NCBI GenBank assembly: GCA_963762145.1
Contig: CAVXJS010000015.1
Span: 336,256 to 400,255, forward strand
Reading direction: 5' to 3'
From: an uncultured Candidatus Rokubacteria bacterium
Lineage (GTDB): Bacteria; Methylomirabilota; Methylomirabilia; Rokubacteriales; CSP1-6
DNA length: 64,000 nucleotides
The notes under the pieces were generated by a model. It had not been told where the DNA came from. It saw nothing but the letters and a program-made list of their open reading frames with translations, and made no database searches. The position numbers were made by a program, and so were the translations under genes. Of this stretch, positions 31,781 through 42,641 are shown in pieces; position 1 is the stretch's first letter; each line of letters starts with the position of its first letter.

Positions 31781-32761
31781 TTACTTCAGGAGGCCGGCTT
31801 CTCGGTAGTAACTCTCCGCCCCGGGATGCCGGGGCATGCCGAACGACTCGGCGAAGTGCTGCGGAGTGGTGCCCTTCATGACCGAGCTCACGTGGCCGAA
31901 CGCGTCCCGCCCCTCAACGATCGCCTTGGTGACCTTGTAGATCGCGTCGGCGGGCGCCTTGGACGAGGCGATGAGGATGGTCGGGGCCTGGATGGTCACC
32001 ACGTCCTCCTCGATCCCGTAGGCGCCATACGTGCCCTTGGGGACCACGTGGCGGATGAATCCGGCGTTGAGGGCCTGCATCTTCTTGATTGTGTCGTCGC
32101 TCAGACCCACCATCCGCAGCTTCCGCGAAGAGCCCACGTCCAGCACGAACGAGGCCGGGACGACGGTGTACCACCCCATCGCCACCGCCTGCCGGTTCTT
32201 GATCAGCTCGCCGTTCTCGGTGATCGAGCCGTAGCTCTTGGTCCCGAGGTCGTCGAGCTTCAGGCCGACGACCTTGAGCAGGAGCTCCCAGCCCTCGGCG
32301 AGGCTGGTGTTGCCGCGCGGCGGCAGCGCCACCGCCTTGCCCTTCAGATCCTCGAGCTTCCGGACGTCGCTGTCCGCGGGCACGATAAGCTGCCAGACGT
32401 TCGGGTAATAGTTGGCGACGAACAGGGGCTTGTCGGTCTGCTTGCCCTTCCAGGTGTTCACGCCTGCGCGCGCGTCAGCGAGGACGGTGGTCATCGACCA
32501 GCCGATGTCGGCCTTGTCGTTGCGGATCTTCTCCATGTTGACGAGGGCGGCGCCCGGCTCGACCTGCACGTCCAGCTCGGGGAACTTCTTCTTGATCACG
32601 TCGGCGGTCGCTGCGGCCATGGGCGTCCAGGTTCCGCCGGTCGGGCCGGCCGAGAAGATCGAGACCGACCTTGTCCTGGGCGTGGCTGGGCGCGGCGAGG
32701 GCCAGAGTGACGAGCAGCGCGGCGGCCAGATGGAACGACCCGTCAGGGTCATCACGATCAT
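31781..32761 (-). CDS. TAXI family TRAP solute-binding protein; start uncertain
   Basis: AGPTGGTW, GAALVN, DLKGK, VYKVTKA-like IYKVTKA, HPGAESYYREAG. Confidence 0.88.
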   Translation of the reverse strand: MIVMTLTGRSIWPPRCSSLWPSPRPATPRTRSVSIFSAGPTGGTWTPMAAATADVIKKKFPELDVQVEPGAALVNMEKIRNDKADIGWSMTTVLADARAGVNTWKGKQTDKPLFVANYYPNVWQLIVPADSDVRKLEDLKGKAVALPPRGNTSLAEGWELLLKVVGLKLDDLGTKSYGSITENGELIKNRQAVAMGWYTVVPASFVLDVGSSRKLRMVGLSDDTIKKMQALNAGFIRHVVPKGTYGAYGIEEDVVTIQAPTILIASSKAPADAIYKVTKAIVEGRDAFGHVSSVMKGTTPQHFAESFGMPRHPGAESYYREAGLLK

Positions 32762-32801
32762 CGGTGGAACCTCGCCTGTTCCTCGAGGATGCGAGCAGCG
32801 G

Positions 32802-34070
32802 TTAGTGAGCGAGCAGCGGTTCGATCCGGCCCGCCGCGTCGAAGCCGAGGGGGTGGCCCTCGCCGACCACGGTCAGGTCGGGACGTTTGGCGATCTCCGG
32901 CAGCAGCGCCTCCGAGCACTCGATCTCGCCCAGCACCAGCGTGCTCCGGATCCGGATCACGCGGGCACGCTCGGGCGGGGTGAGGCCGATGCAGTTCAGC
33001 GCGTTCTCGACCGCCTCGCGGTCGCTCTCGAACACGAGCGGCAGCTTGGCCCCGTTGGGGGCGCAGGCGGTGAGGGTGTTGATGGCGGTCGGCTTCCAGT
33101 CGATCTTCTCGGCCAGCCGGCGCGTGGTGAAGTCGGCGTTGCCGATCCCGGTGGCGTTGCCGTGGCTCTCCTCGGTCAGGTCGAGGGCCACGATCCACAG
33201 GATCTTCGGGTCGGCCGGGAAGGGCTCGTGCGGGTTCGACGGGCGGCCGATCACGTTGGTGTCCATGCCGGAGCCGGAGATGTTCTTGCCGATCTCCTCG
33301 ACCACCAGCACGTCGATGGGGGAGAAGGGCAGCCGCGCCATCCAGTCGCGCGCGTCCTTGAGCATCCGCCGCTCGCCCGCCTCGAGATCGGCGGCGTTGA
33401 ACGCCTCCACCCTCGCGGTCTCGTCGTACCCGTTTTCGACGATCCCGAGCCCGAACCCGATCCGGGCCTTGGCCAGCATCTCGCGTCCCACCGCGGTGAT
33501 CACCGTCTCGTAGCCGTGATTGACGTTGGCCCGGTGGTATTGGGTGGCCCCGTGGTACTTGCCGAGCCCGATCGTCATCATCTTGAAGAGGCCGGACTCG
33601 ATCGAGCCCTTGAAGTCGGTGTGGGGCTTGATCCGATTGACCACCCCGATCCAGTCGGCCTCGGAGGCGATCCGGTCGAGCCAGATCGGCAGCCCCAGGG
33701 CCTCCCCCACCTGGACCACGTCCATGGAGGCCCGGACCTCGCAGCCCATGGTGGCCTCGGTGATGCCGTAGTGCTCCAGCACCGAGCGCTGCCCGTCGGC
33801 GGTGGCTCCGCCATGGCTGCCCATGGCCGGGAAGACGAAGGGCCGGGCCCCCTGGGCCTTGAGCCAGTCCACCGTGGCCCGGACGATGACCGCGATGTTG
33901 GCGATCCCTCGGCTCCCGGCTCCCACCGCCACCCTGTCCCCCCGCTTGATGGGCAGGGCGGCGCCGGCCAGGGCCGTCCGGACCCCTCCCGGGATGTCCT
34001 CCAGGCGGGTGCGCGGAAAGGCCTGCCGCACACGGTGCATCGTGGGGAGCGCCACCGATCCCAGCGGCAT
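32802..34070 (-). CDS. Lactate racemase (LarA) N-terminal domain / DUF362-like protein
   Basis: VAVGAGSRGIAN, PAMGSHGGATADGQ, NRIKPHTDF, ESGLFKM..IGLGK, GKNISGSGMDTNVIGR, SHGNATGIG.AD. Confidence 0.8.
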   Translation of the reverse strand: MPLGSVALPTMHRVRQAFPRTRLEDIPGGVRTALAGAALPIKRGDRVAVGAGSRGIANIAVIVRATVDWLKAQGARPFVFPAMGSHGGATADGQRSVLEHYGITEATMGCEVRASMDVVQVGEALGLPIWLDRIASEADWIGVVNRIKPHTDFKGSIESGLFKMMTIGLGKYHGATQYHRANVNHGYETVITAVGREMLAKARIGFGLGIVENGYDETARVEAFNAADLEAGERRMLKDARDWMARLPFSPIDVLVVEEIGKNISGSGMDTNVIGRPSNPHEPFPADPKILWIVALDLTEESHGNATGIGNADFTTRRLAEKIDWKPTAINTLTACAPNGAKLPLVFESDREAVENALNCIGLTPPERARVIRIRSTLVLGEIECSEALLPEIAKRPDLTVVGEGHPLGFDAAGRIEPLLAH

Positions 34071-34154
34071 GGCGGGATCATAATGTACTTGCCCCGGGGC
34101 CTGTCAATGTCCTTGACTTTCCAGACTTCCGCCCTTACAACTGGGGGCCAATCA

Positions 34155-34946
34155 ATGGCCAACCGCTGGCCGATGCATATCAAATTCCTCCTGGTTCCCG
34201 CGACGCTGTTGAGTCTGCTCCTGCTCGTGAGCGGGTGCACGACCCTTGCGGACTTCTTCCGCCAGCGCCCGCAGGCGCTACCGCCTGCCTCCGAGCTGTA
34301 TGCGGAAGGCGAGACTCAGCTCGGCAAGGGCCGGTACGACGAGGCGCGCATGGCGTTCCGCAAGGTCGCGGAGCGGCACCCACAGTCGACCTATGCGCCG
34401 CGCGCCCGCTTCCTGATCGGCGAGGCGTTCTTCCGCGAGGGAATGTTCGACAAGGCGATCAAGGAGTTCGAAGGCTTCCTGGCCTTCTACCCGCGCCACG
34501 AGATCGCCGATCTGGTGCAGTACCGGCTCGCGATGAGCTACTACGACCAGATGAAGCCGGTCGAGCAGGATCAGGAGATCACCCGCAAGGCGATGGAGGC
34601 ATTCAAGGTGCTCGTCCGCGAGTACCCGGAGAGCCGCTACGCCGCGGACGCGCTCGCCAAGGTCGACGTCTGCCGGGGTCGCCTGGCCCAGAAGGAGCTG
34701 TGGATCGCCGCCTACTACATCAATCAAGGCAATCCCGCGGCGGCCCGCCTACGGCTGGAGAAGGTGGTCAAGGAATACCCCCGCACCCTCGTGATCCCGG
34801 AGGCGCTCTTCCGGCTGGGTGAGGTATATTCCGGCGACGGACGGGCCGAGGACTCCCAGCGTTTGTACCGGCAGCTGGCGGATGAGTACCCTTACACGGA
34901 GTGGGGCAGGCGCGCGGCGCAGCGTCTCCAGGCCGCAACGAGGTAA
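34155..34946 (+). CDS. bamD: Outer membrane protein assembly factor BamD
   Basis: Lipobox VSGC, TPR repeats, EQDQ..TRKA..F..LVREYPESRYA, ELWIAAYY. Confidence 0.88.
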   Translation: MANRWPMHIKFLLVPATLLSLLLLVSGCTTLADFFRQRPQALPPASELYAEGETQLGKGRYDEARMAFRKVAERHPQSTYAPRARFLIGEAFFREGMFDKAIKEFEGFLAFYPRHEIADLVQYRLAMSYYDQMKPVEQDQEITRKAMEAFKVLVREYPESRYAADALAKVDVCRGRLAQKELWIAAYYINQGNPAAARLRLEKVVKEYPRTLVIPEALFRLGEVYSGDGRAEDSQRLYRQLADEYPYTEWGRRAAQRLQAATR

Positions 34947-34949
34947 GTC

Positions 34950-35987
34950 ATGCACGACGTCGTCGATCTCCGATCCGATACTCTCACCCTCCCGACCCAG
35001 GCGATGCGCGATGCCATGGCGCGCGCCGAGGTGGGCGACGACGTCTGGGAAGAGGACCCGACCGTCCGGCGCCTCGAGGACACCGCGGCCCGGCGCACCG
35101 GCAAGGAGGCGGCCCTGTTCGTCTCCTCGGGCACGCAGGGCAACCTGGTCTCGGTGCTCGCCCAGACGCGCGCCGGGCAGGAAGTGGTGCTCGACGCCGA
35201 CTCCCACATCTTCAATTACGAGGGCGCGGGCGCGGCCGTCTTCGGCGGCGTGCAGACCCTGCCGGTCAAGACCGCGCGCGGCTTCCTGACGCCCGAGCAG
35301 GTGCGCGAGCACATCCGCCCGAACAACATCCACATCCCGATGACCGGGCTGGTCGCGGTCGAGAACACGCACAACCGTCACGGCGGCACCTGCTGCACGC
35401 CCGACGAGATCGAGGCGGTGGCCGCCGCGGCCCACGCGGCCGGCGTACCGGTGCACCTCGACGGCGCGCGGCTCTTCAACGCGGCGGTGGCGCTCGGGCG
35501 GCCGGTGGCCGACTTCGCGCGCCCGGTGGACTCGCTCACCTTCTGCCTGTCCAAGGGCCTCGGCGCCCCGGTGGGCTCGCTGGTGTGCGGCTCGCGCGAG
35601 CTCGTCGCCCGGGCCCGGCGGGTGCGGAAGATGCTGGGCGGCGGCATGCGTCAGGTGGGCGTGCTGGCCGCGGCCGGCCTCGTCGCGCTCGACTCCATGG
35701 TGGACCGGCTCGCGGAGGATCACGCCAACTGCCGCCGCCTCGCGGAGGGCGTGAGCCGGCTGCCCCGCGTGAAGCTGGACCTGGCCACCGTGCAGACCAA
35801 CATCGTCATCTTCCGGGTGGAGCGGGACGGGGGAGCCGCGGAGCTGGTCACCGGCTGCCTCGCCCGCAAGGTCAAGATCCACCAGACCGGTCCCGGCACC
35901 ATTCGCTGCGTGACCCACAAGGACGTCGACGGCGACGACATCGAGCGGGCCCTCGAGGCCTTCCGCGAGATCACGGCGGCCTGGTAG
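34950..35987 (+). CDS. ltaE: Low-specificity L-threonine aldolase
   Basis: DLRSDT.T.P, VGDDVW.EDPT, SGTQGN, ENTHN, HLDGARLFNA, CLSKGLGAPVGS, GGGMRQ. Confidence 0.95.
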   Translation: MHDVVDLRSDTLTLPTQAMRDAMARAEVGDDVWEEDPTVRRLEDTAARRTGKEAALFVSSGTQGNLVSVLAQTRAGQEVVLDADSHIFNYEGAGAAVFGGVQTLPVKTARGFLTPEQVREHIRPNNIHIPMTGLVAVENTHNRHGGTCCTPDEIEAVAAAAHAAGVPVHLDGARLFNAAVALGRPVADFARPVDSLTFCLSKGLGAPVGSLVCGSRELVARARRVRKMLGGGMRQVGVLAAAGLVALDSMVDRLAEDHANCRRLAEGVSRLPRVKLDLATVQTNIVIFRVERDGGAAELVTGCLARKVKIHQTGPGTIRCVTHKDVDGDDIERALEAFREITAAW

Positions 35988-36017
35988 CCGCCCGCACCCC
36001 AGAGGAGGCCGCACCCT

Positions 36018-36995
<978 letters not shown>

Positions 36996-37004
36996 AGGGC
37001 AGCC

Positions 37005-37979
<975 letters not shown>

Positions 37980-37982
37980 TTT

Positions 37983-38084
37983 CCCCTCTCCCCTCTGGGG
38001 AGAGGGCAGGGTGAGGGGCTCGATGGTGAGGGGCTCGATCGTGAGGGGCTCGATGGCGAGAGTTCGACGGTGAGAGGCGCGAGG
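37983..38084. repeat. REP-like palindrome followed by a 15-bp tandem repeat
   Basis: CCCTCTCCCC-tct-GGGGAGAGGG then GTGAGGGGCTCGAT(G/C) x3 (38011-38055) plus two degenerate copies. Confidence 0.8.
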
Positions 38085-38095
38085 CGACTTCGATC

Positions 38096-38992
38096 ATGAT
38101 CAAGTGGTCCGGCATCTTTCACATCCTCGCCACCCCGTTCCGCGAGGACGGCGCGCTCGACGTCGCGGGCCTCCCCCGCCTGATCGAGTCCGCGCTCGCC
38201 ACCGGGGTCAACGGCCTCACCATCCTCGGCATCGCGGGCGAGGCGCACCGCCTCACCGACGAGGAGCGCCGCCGCGTGGTGGAGACGGTGGTCAAGGAGA
38301 CGCGCGGCCGCGTGCCCGTCGCGGTGGGCGTCTCGGCCTCCGGCACGCACCTGGCCACTGCGTTCGCCCGCATGGCGCGCGAGCACGGCGCGGACGCGCT
38401 GATGGTCGCACCGCCCGCGGGCCTCAAGAACCTGGATTTGGTGGCGGAGTGCTTCCGCATAGTCGCGGCGGCCACCGGCCTGCCGATCGTGCTGCAGGAC
38501 GAGCCGGTCACCACCCAGGTGAACATGCCGGCGCCCTTCATCGCCCAGCTCTGCGCCGAGATCGCGCAGATCCAGGCGGTCAAGCTGGAGGAGCCACCGA
38601 CCCTGCCCAAGATCACGCGGCTGCGCGCCCTCTTCGGCAACCGGGTGGCGATCTTCGGCGGCCTCGGCGGCGTGTACTTCTTCGAGGAGCTCTCCCGCGG
38701 GGCCGACGGGGCCATGACCGGCTTCCCCTACCCCGAGGCCCTGCGCGGCATTCGCGACCACTTCGTGGCCGGCCGCCGCGACGAGGCCCGCGCCCTCTTC
38801 TACCGGTGGCTCCCCCTGATCCGGTACGAGACCCAGCCGGGCGCCACCCCCGGCACCGCGGTGGGCATCCGCAAGGAGATCCTGCGCCGCCGCGGCTTCA
38901 TCGCCTGCGCGCTCGTGCGGCCGCCCGCGCCGGTGCTCGACGCGGCCACGCAGACCGAGCTGGACGAGCTCCTCGCCGCCATCCTTCCCTGA
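38096..38992 (+). CDS. DapA/N-acetylneuraminate-lyase superfamily protein (not a canonical DHDPS)
   Basis: TPF..DG.LD, GIAGE, GADALMV.PP, Schiff-base Lys in AVKLE; lacks GTTGE and YN motifs. Confidence 0.85.
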   Translation: MIKWSGIFHILATPFREDGALDVAGLPRLIESALATGVNGLTILGIAGEAHRLTDEERRRVVETVVKETRGRVPVAVGVSASGTHLATAFARMAREHGADALMVAPPAGLKNLDLVAECFRIVAAATGLPIVLQDEPVTTQVNMPAPFIAQLCAEIAQIQAVKLEEPPTLPKITRLRALFGNRVAIFGGLGGVYFFEELSRGADGAMTGFPYPEALRGIRDHFVAGRRDEARALFYRWLPLIRYETQPGATPGTAVGIRKEILRRRGFIACALVRPPAPVLDAATQTELDELLAAILP

Positions 38993-38997
38993 GCGTC

Positions 38998-39810
38998 GTG
39001 CCCCACGCCCAGGCCAACGGCGTCCGCGTCTTCTACCAGGAGACCGGCGCGCCCGACGCGCCCCCGCTCGTGCTCATCATGGGGTGGGGCGGGGACCACA
39101 CCGCGTGGGCGCTGCAGGCGCCCGCCTTCGCAGCCGAGCATCGCGTGATCGCGCTCGACAACCGCGGCGCCGGCCAGAGCGATGCGCCGTCCACGCCCTA
39201 CACCATCGCCGGCATGGCCGCCGACGTGGCGGGCCTGCTGGACGCGCTCGGGATCCGCCGCGCCCACGTCTGCGGCGCCTCGATGGGCGGGATGATCGCC
39301 CAGGAGCTGGCCCTGCGCTACCCGGACCGGGTTCGCACGCTCGGCCTGCACTGCACGGCCGCCGCCATCGACGCCTACGGCCGCTTCCTGATCGACACCC
39401 TCATCGCGGTGAAGGCGCGGGGCGACCGCGAGGAGTACGTGCGGGCGGTGATGCCCTGGGTGCTCTGCCGCAAGACCATGGTGGAGCGGCCCGAGTTCAT
39501 CCGCTTCTGGATCGAGCGAGCGCTCGCCTACCCCTACCCGATCGGGCTCGAGGGCCTCTCCCGCCAGGCCGACGCGATCCGCGGCCACGACACCGCCGCG
39601 CGCCTCGGGGAGATCCGTGTGCCGACCCTGATCACCACCGGCACCGAGGACATCCTGGTTCCGCCGGTCTCCTCCCGCGACCTGCACGCGCGGATCCCCG
39701 GCTCGGAGCTCGTCGCGATGGAGGACGCGGGCCACCTGCACTTCATCGAGCAAGCAGAGCGGTTCACCGCGACCAGCCTGGAGTTCCTCGAGAAGCACCG
39801 CGGGGCCTGA
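38998..39810 (+). CDS. Alpha/beta fold hydrolase
   Basis: DNRGAGQS, nucleophile GASMGG, GTEDILVP, GH. Confidence 0.9.
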   Translation: MPHAQANGVRVFYQETGAPDAPPLVLIMGWGGDHTAWALQAPAFAAEHRVIALDNRGAGQSDAPSTPYTIAGMAADVAGLLDALGIRRAHVCGASMGGMIAQELALRYPDRVRTLGLHCTAAAIDAYGRFLIDTLIAVKARGDREEYVRAVMPWVLCRKTMVERPEFIRFWIERALAYPYPIGLEGLSRQADAIRGHDTAARLGEIRVPTLITTGTEDILVPPVSSRDLHARIPGSELVAMEDAGHLHFIEQAERFTATSLEFLEKHRGA

Positions 39811-39827
39811 CGGCCCGCGGCCCGCCC

Positions 39828-40733
39828 TCAGCGGGCGGATCGGGCGATGGCCGGTGCCGACTCCTCCCAGATATAGCTGTGGGGGTTCACCGGCTGGCTC
39901 TTGACCTGGATCTCGTAGTGCAGGTGGGGGCCGGAGGATCGGCCCGTGTTCCCCGTCGTCGCCACCGTGTCGCCCCGCTTGATGACCTGGTCCATGGCCA
40001 CGTTCACCCGGGACAGGTGACCGTAGAGGGAGCGGGTCTCGTTGCCGTGATCGATGATGAGGGTGACACCGTACTCGGCGTGCGTCCCCGCGAAGATCAC
40101 CACGCCCGGAGCCGGCGCCCGCACCGCTGTCCCGATCGGGGCTCCGATGTCGATGCCGCTGTGGAACTCCGAGTTGGGCGCCCACGGCGAGCGCCGCTGA
40201 CCGAAGTCGGAGTTCACCGGCCCGCGCACCGGCCACCGCGATGGCAGCGAGGCGAGGACGCGGCTGGCCCGGCCCAGGAAGCGCTCGAGGGTCCGGATGG
40301 ACTCGCCCTCCTCTCGGACGATGCCGAGCAGGCGGTCGACCTCCTCCTTGACCGGCCCACGGTCTGGCTCCGCCGCGGTCTTCCCGCCGATGCCGGTTCC
40401 CCGCTTGACCGGGGCGGCCTCGGGGCCAAAGGGCTCCCAGATCTTGGCGTGCAGATCCCGCCAGCTATCGATCTCCCCCCGGATCTCGCGAAGCCGCGAC
40501 TGGGAAGCGTCGAGCAGCCCTTGCTGGATGTGCAGGCGCTCGCTCAGCGCCGCGAACGTGCCGCGCTGGTGGCGGAGGTTGACGTAGTCGGGATAGATGA
40601 ACGCCAGCCCGAGGATCGTGACCGCGAGCCCACTGACGACGACGCCCACGGCCCAGCCGGGGACCGATAGCCGCAGGACGCGGCTTCCATCGTCCCGGAC
40701 CATCAGCAGGTTGAACTGTTTGGGCTTGGACAT
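39828..40733 (-). CDS. Membrane-anchored M23 metallopeptidase with coiled coil
   Basis: TM helix, coiled coil, HSGID, YGHL, GNTGRSSGPHLHYE. Confidence 0.93.
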   Translation of the reverse strand: MSKPKQFNLLMVRDDGSRVLRLSVPGWAVGVVVSGLAVTILGLAFIYPDYVNLRHQRGTFAALSERLHIQQGLLDASQSRLREIRGEIDSWRDLHAKIWEPFGPEAAPVKRGTGIGGKTAAEPDRGPVKEEVDRLLGIVREEGESIRTLERFLGRASRVLASLPSRWPVRGPVNSDFGQRRSPWAPNSEFHSGIDIGAPIGTAVRAPAPGVVIFAGTHAEYGVTLIIDHGNETRSLYGHLSRVNVAMDQVIKRGDTVATTGNTGRSSGPHLHYEIQVKSQPVNPHSYIWEESAPAIARSAR

Positions 40734-40743
40734 CGCGGGCGGG

Positions 40744-41169
40744 TCAGCGCTTGAGCGGGACCACTGAGAGATCCCGCCCTGGGGTCATGTCCCGGAGCGG
40801 GGCCTCGGCCAGCGGGCTGGGTTTGGCCATCCGACAGTGCCCGTCGAACAGGACTCCCTCCTCGATCACGACCACGGGAGCCTCCACGTCGCCGGAGACC
40901 CGGGCCGTCCGCTTCAGCTCGATGCGCTCCAGGGCGCTCAGGTTGCCGGTCACCTGCCCGTTCACCACCAGGCGCCCGGCCCGGACATCGGCATGGAGGA
41001 CGGCGCGCTCCCCGATGATGAGGGTGTCGTTGGAGCTGATCTCGCCCTTGAACTTGCCGTTGAGCATGACGGTGCCCCGGAACGTGTAGCGGCCTTCGAT
41101 CTCGGATCCTTCGTCGATGAAGGCGGTCAGCTCGCTTCGCCGCGGCGCCTCTGCCCTACGCCTGAACAT
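40744..41169 (-). CDS. Bactofilin (polymer-forming cytoskeletal protein)
   Basis: [39 protein letters not shown]. Confidence 0.92.
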   Translation of the reverse strand: MFRRRAEAPRRSELTAFIDEGSEIEGRYTFRGTVMLNGKFKGEISSNDTLIIGERAVLHADVRAGRLVVNGQVTGNLSALERIELKRTARVSGDVEAPVVVIEEGVLFDGHCRMAKPSPLAEAPLRDMTPGRDLSVVPLKR

Positions 41170-41385
41170 AAGACTCGTCCCCCGCTCGCTGGACTGCGTC
41201 GTCCTACCGGGTCCTGGCGGCCCCTCGGGGCCTTCGACTCCACTGACTACGGAACGCGTTGGAAGGGTGGGTGCTGGTTACAGTCTCGCCCGGTAGGATT
41301 TTCTAGCACGCCCATTCTAGGGGTGTCAACCCCCCGCCCGAGCCCTGGGGGCACCGCCGAGGTGCGTGCTATCTCCGCGCCTTTG

Positions 41386-41415
41386 TTGACACTCCTGAGT
41401 ACGCCACAGTATGAT
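41386..41415 (+). promoter_or_regulatory. Sigma-70-type promoter of the alaC-hom operon
   Basis: TTGACA-N18-TATGAT. Confidence 0.6.
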
Positions 41416-41451
41416 CGAACTCCTGATCGAAGTCCTCCCGGGAGAAGATCT

Positions 41452-42624
41452 ATGGACGAGTTCTACCGGATCAAGCGGCTGCCCCCGTACGTCTTCGCGA
41501 TCGTCAACGACCTGAAGTCCAAGGCTCGAGCTCGTGGCGAGGACATCATCGATCTCGGCATGGGCAACCCGGACCAGGAGACCCCCAAGCACATCGTCGA
41601 CAAGCTGGTGGAGGCGGCGCGGAATCCCCGGAACCACCGTTACTCGGCCTCCAAGGGGATCACCCGGCTGCGGAAGGCGGTCACGACGTGGTACCGGACC
41701 CGCCACGGGGTGGAGCTCGATCCGGAGACCGAGGCCATCGCCACCATCGGAGCCAAGGAGGGCATGGCCCACCTGGCCCTTGCGGTGCTCCAGCCCGGCG
41801 ACGGGGTCCTGGTGCCGAACCCCACCTACCCGATCCACTCCTACTCGGTGGTCATCGCGGACGGCGACCTGCGCTCGGTCCCGCTGGTCCCGGGGGAGGA
41901 CTTCTTTGCCCGCCTCCAGGAGACGGCCCGGCTGGCCTGGCCCAAGGCGAAGCTCCTGATCCTGTCCTTCCCGCACAACCCGACCACCGCCTGCGTGGAC
42001 CGGGACTTCTTCGTGAAGGTGGTGGACTTCGCGCGGGAGCACCACATGATGGTGGTGCACGACTTCGCCTACGCCGACTTCACCTTCGACGGCTACAAGG
42101 CCCCCTCGTTCCTGGAGATCCCGGGAGCCAAGGAGGTGGGCGTGGAGATCTTCTCGCTGTCGAAGTCGTACAACATGCCGGGCTGGCGGGTGGGCTTCGT
42201 GTGCGGCAACTCGAGGATGATCCACGCCCTGGCCCGCATCAAGTCCTACCTCGACTACGGCGCCTTCCAGCCCATCCAGATCGCCGCGATCATCGCGCTG
42301 GAGGGCGAGCAGGGCTGCGTGGCCGACATCGTGGAGCTGCATCGCAAGCGCCGCGACGTCCTGGTCAACGGCCTCAACAAGATCGGCTGGAAGGTGGAGA
42401 AGCCCCGGGGGACCATGTTCGTCTGGGCGCCCATCCCGGACGAGTTCCGGAGCATGGGCTCGCTCGAGTTCTCCAAGCTGCTCATCCAGGAGTGCAAGGT
42501 GGCGGTCTCCCCGGGGATCGGGTTCGGCGAGTACGGTGACGGCCACGTCCGGTTCGCCCTGGTCGAGAACGAGCAGCGCATCCGGCAGGCCCTGCGTGGC
42601 CTCAAGACCCTGAGCGGCCGCTAG
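41452..42624 (+). CDS. alaC: Class I PLP aminotransferase, AlaC/YfdZ (or DapL-like) type
   Basis: [49 protein letters not shown]; located before hom. Confidence 0.8.
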   Translation: MDEFYRIKRLPPYVFAIVNDLKSKARARGEDIIDLGMGNPDQETPKHIVDKLVEAARNPRNHRYSASKGITRLRKAVTTWYRTRHGVELDPETEAIATIGAKEGMAHLALAVLQPGDGVLVPNPTYPIHSYSVVIADGDLRSVPLVPGEDFFARLQETARLAWPKAKLLILSFPHNPTTACVDRDFFVKVVDFAREHHMMVVHDFAYADFTFDGYKAPSFLEIPGAKEVGVEIFSLSKSYNMPGWRVGFVCGNSRMIHALARIKSYLDYGAFQPIQIAAIIALEGEQGCVADIVELHRKRRDVLVNGLNKIGWKVEKPRGTMFVWAPIPDEFRSMGSLEFSKLLIQECKVAVSPGIGFGEYGDGHVRFALVENEQRIRQALRGLKTLSGR

Positions 42625-42641
42625 CGCCCCGTGAGAACCCC

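Noticed and set aside
38011-38084. 15-bp repeats as a CRISPR array
   Set aside because: Head-to-tail tandem with no spacers; unit too short.
39828-41169. Bactofilin plus M23 peptidase as a novel system
   Set aside because: This is a well-described cell-shape gene pairing.
41289-41306. CCGGTAGGATTTTCT as another enhancer site
   Set aside because: Poor right half, no sigma-54 promoter nearby, and it adjoins a likely sigma-70 promoter for the bactofilin gene.
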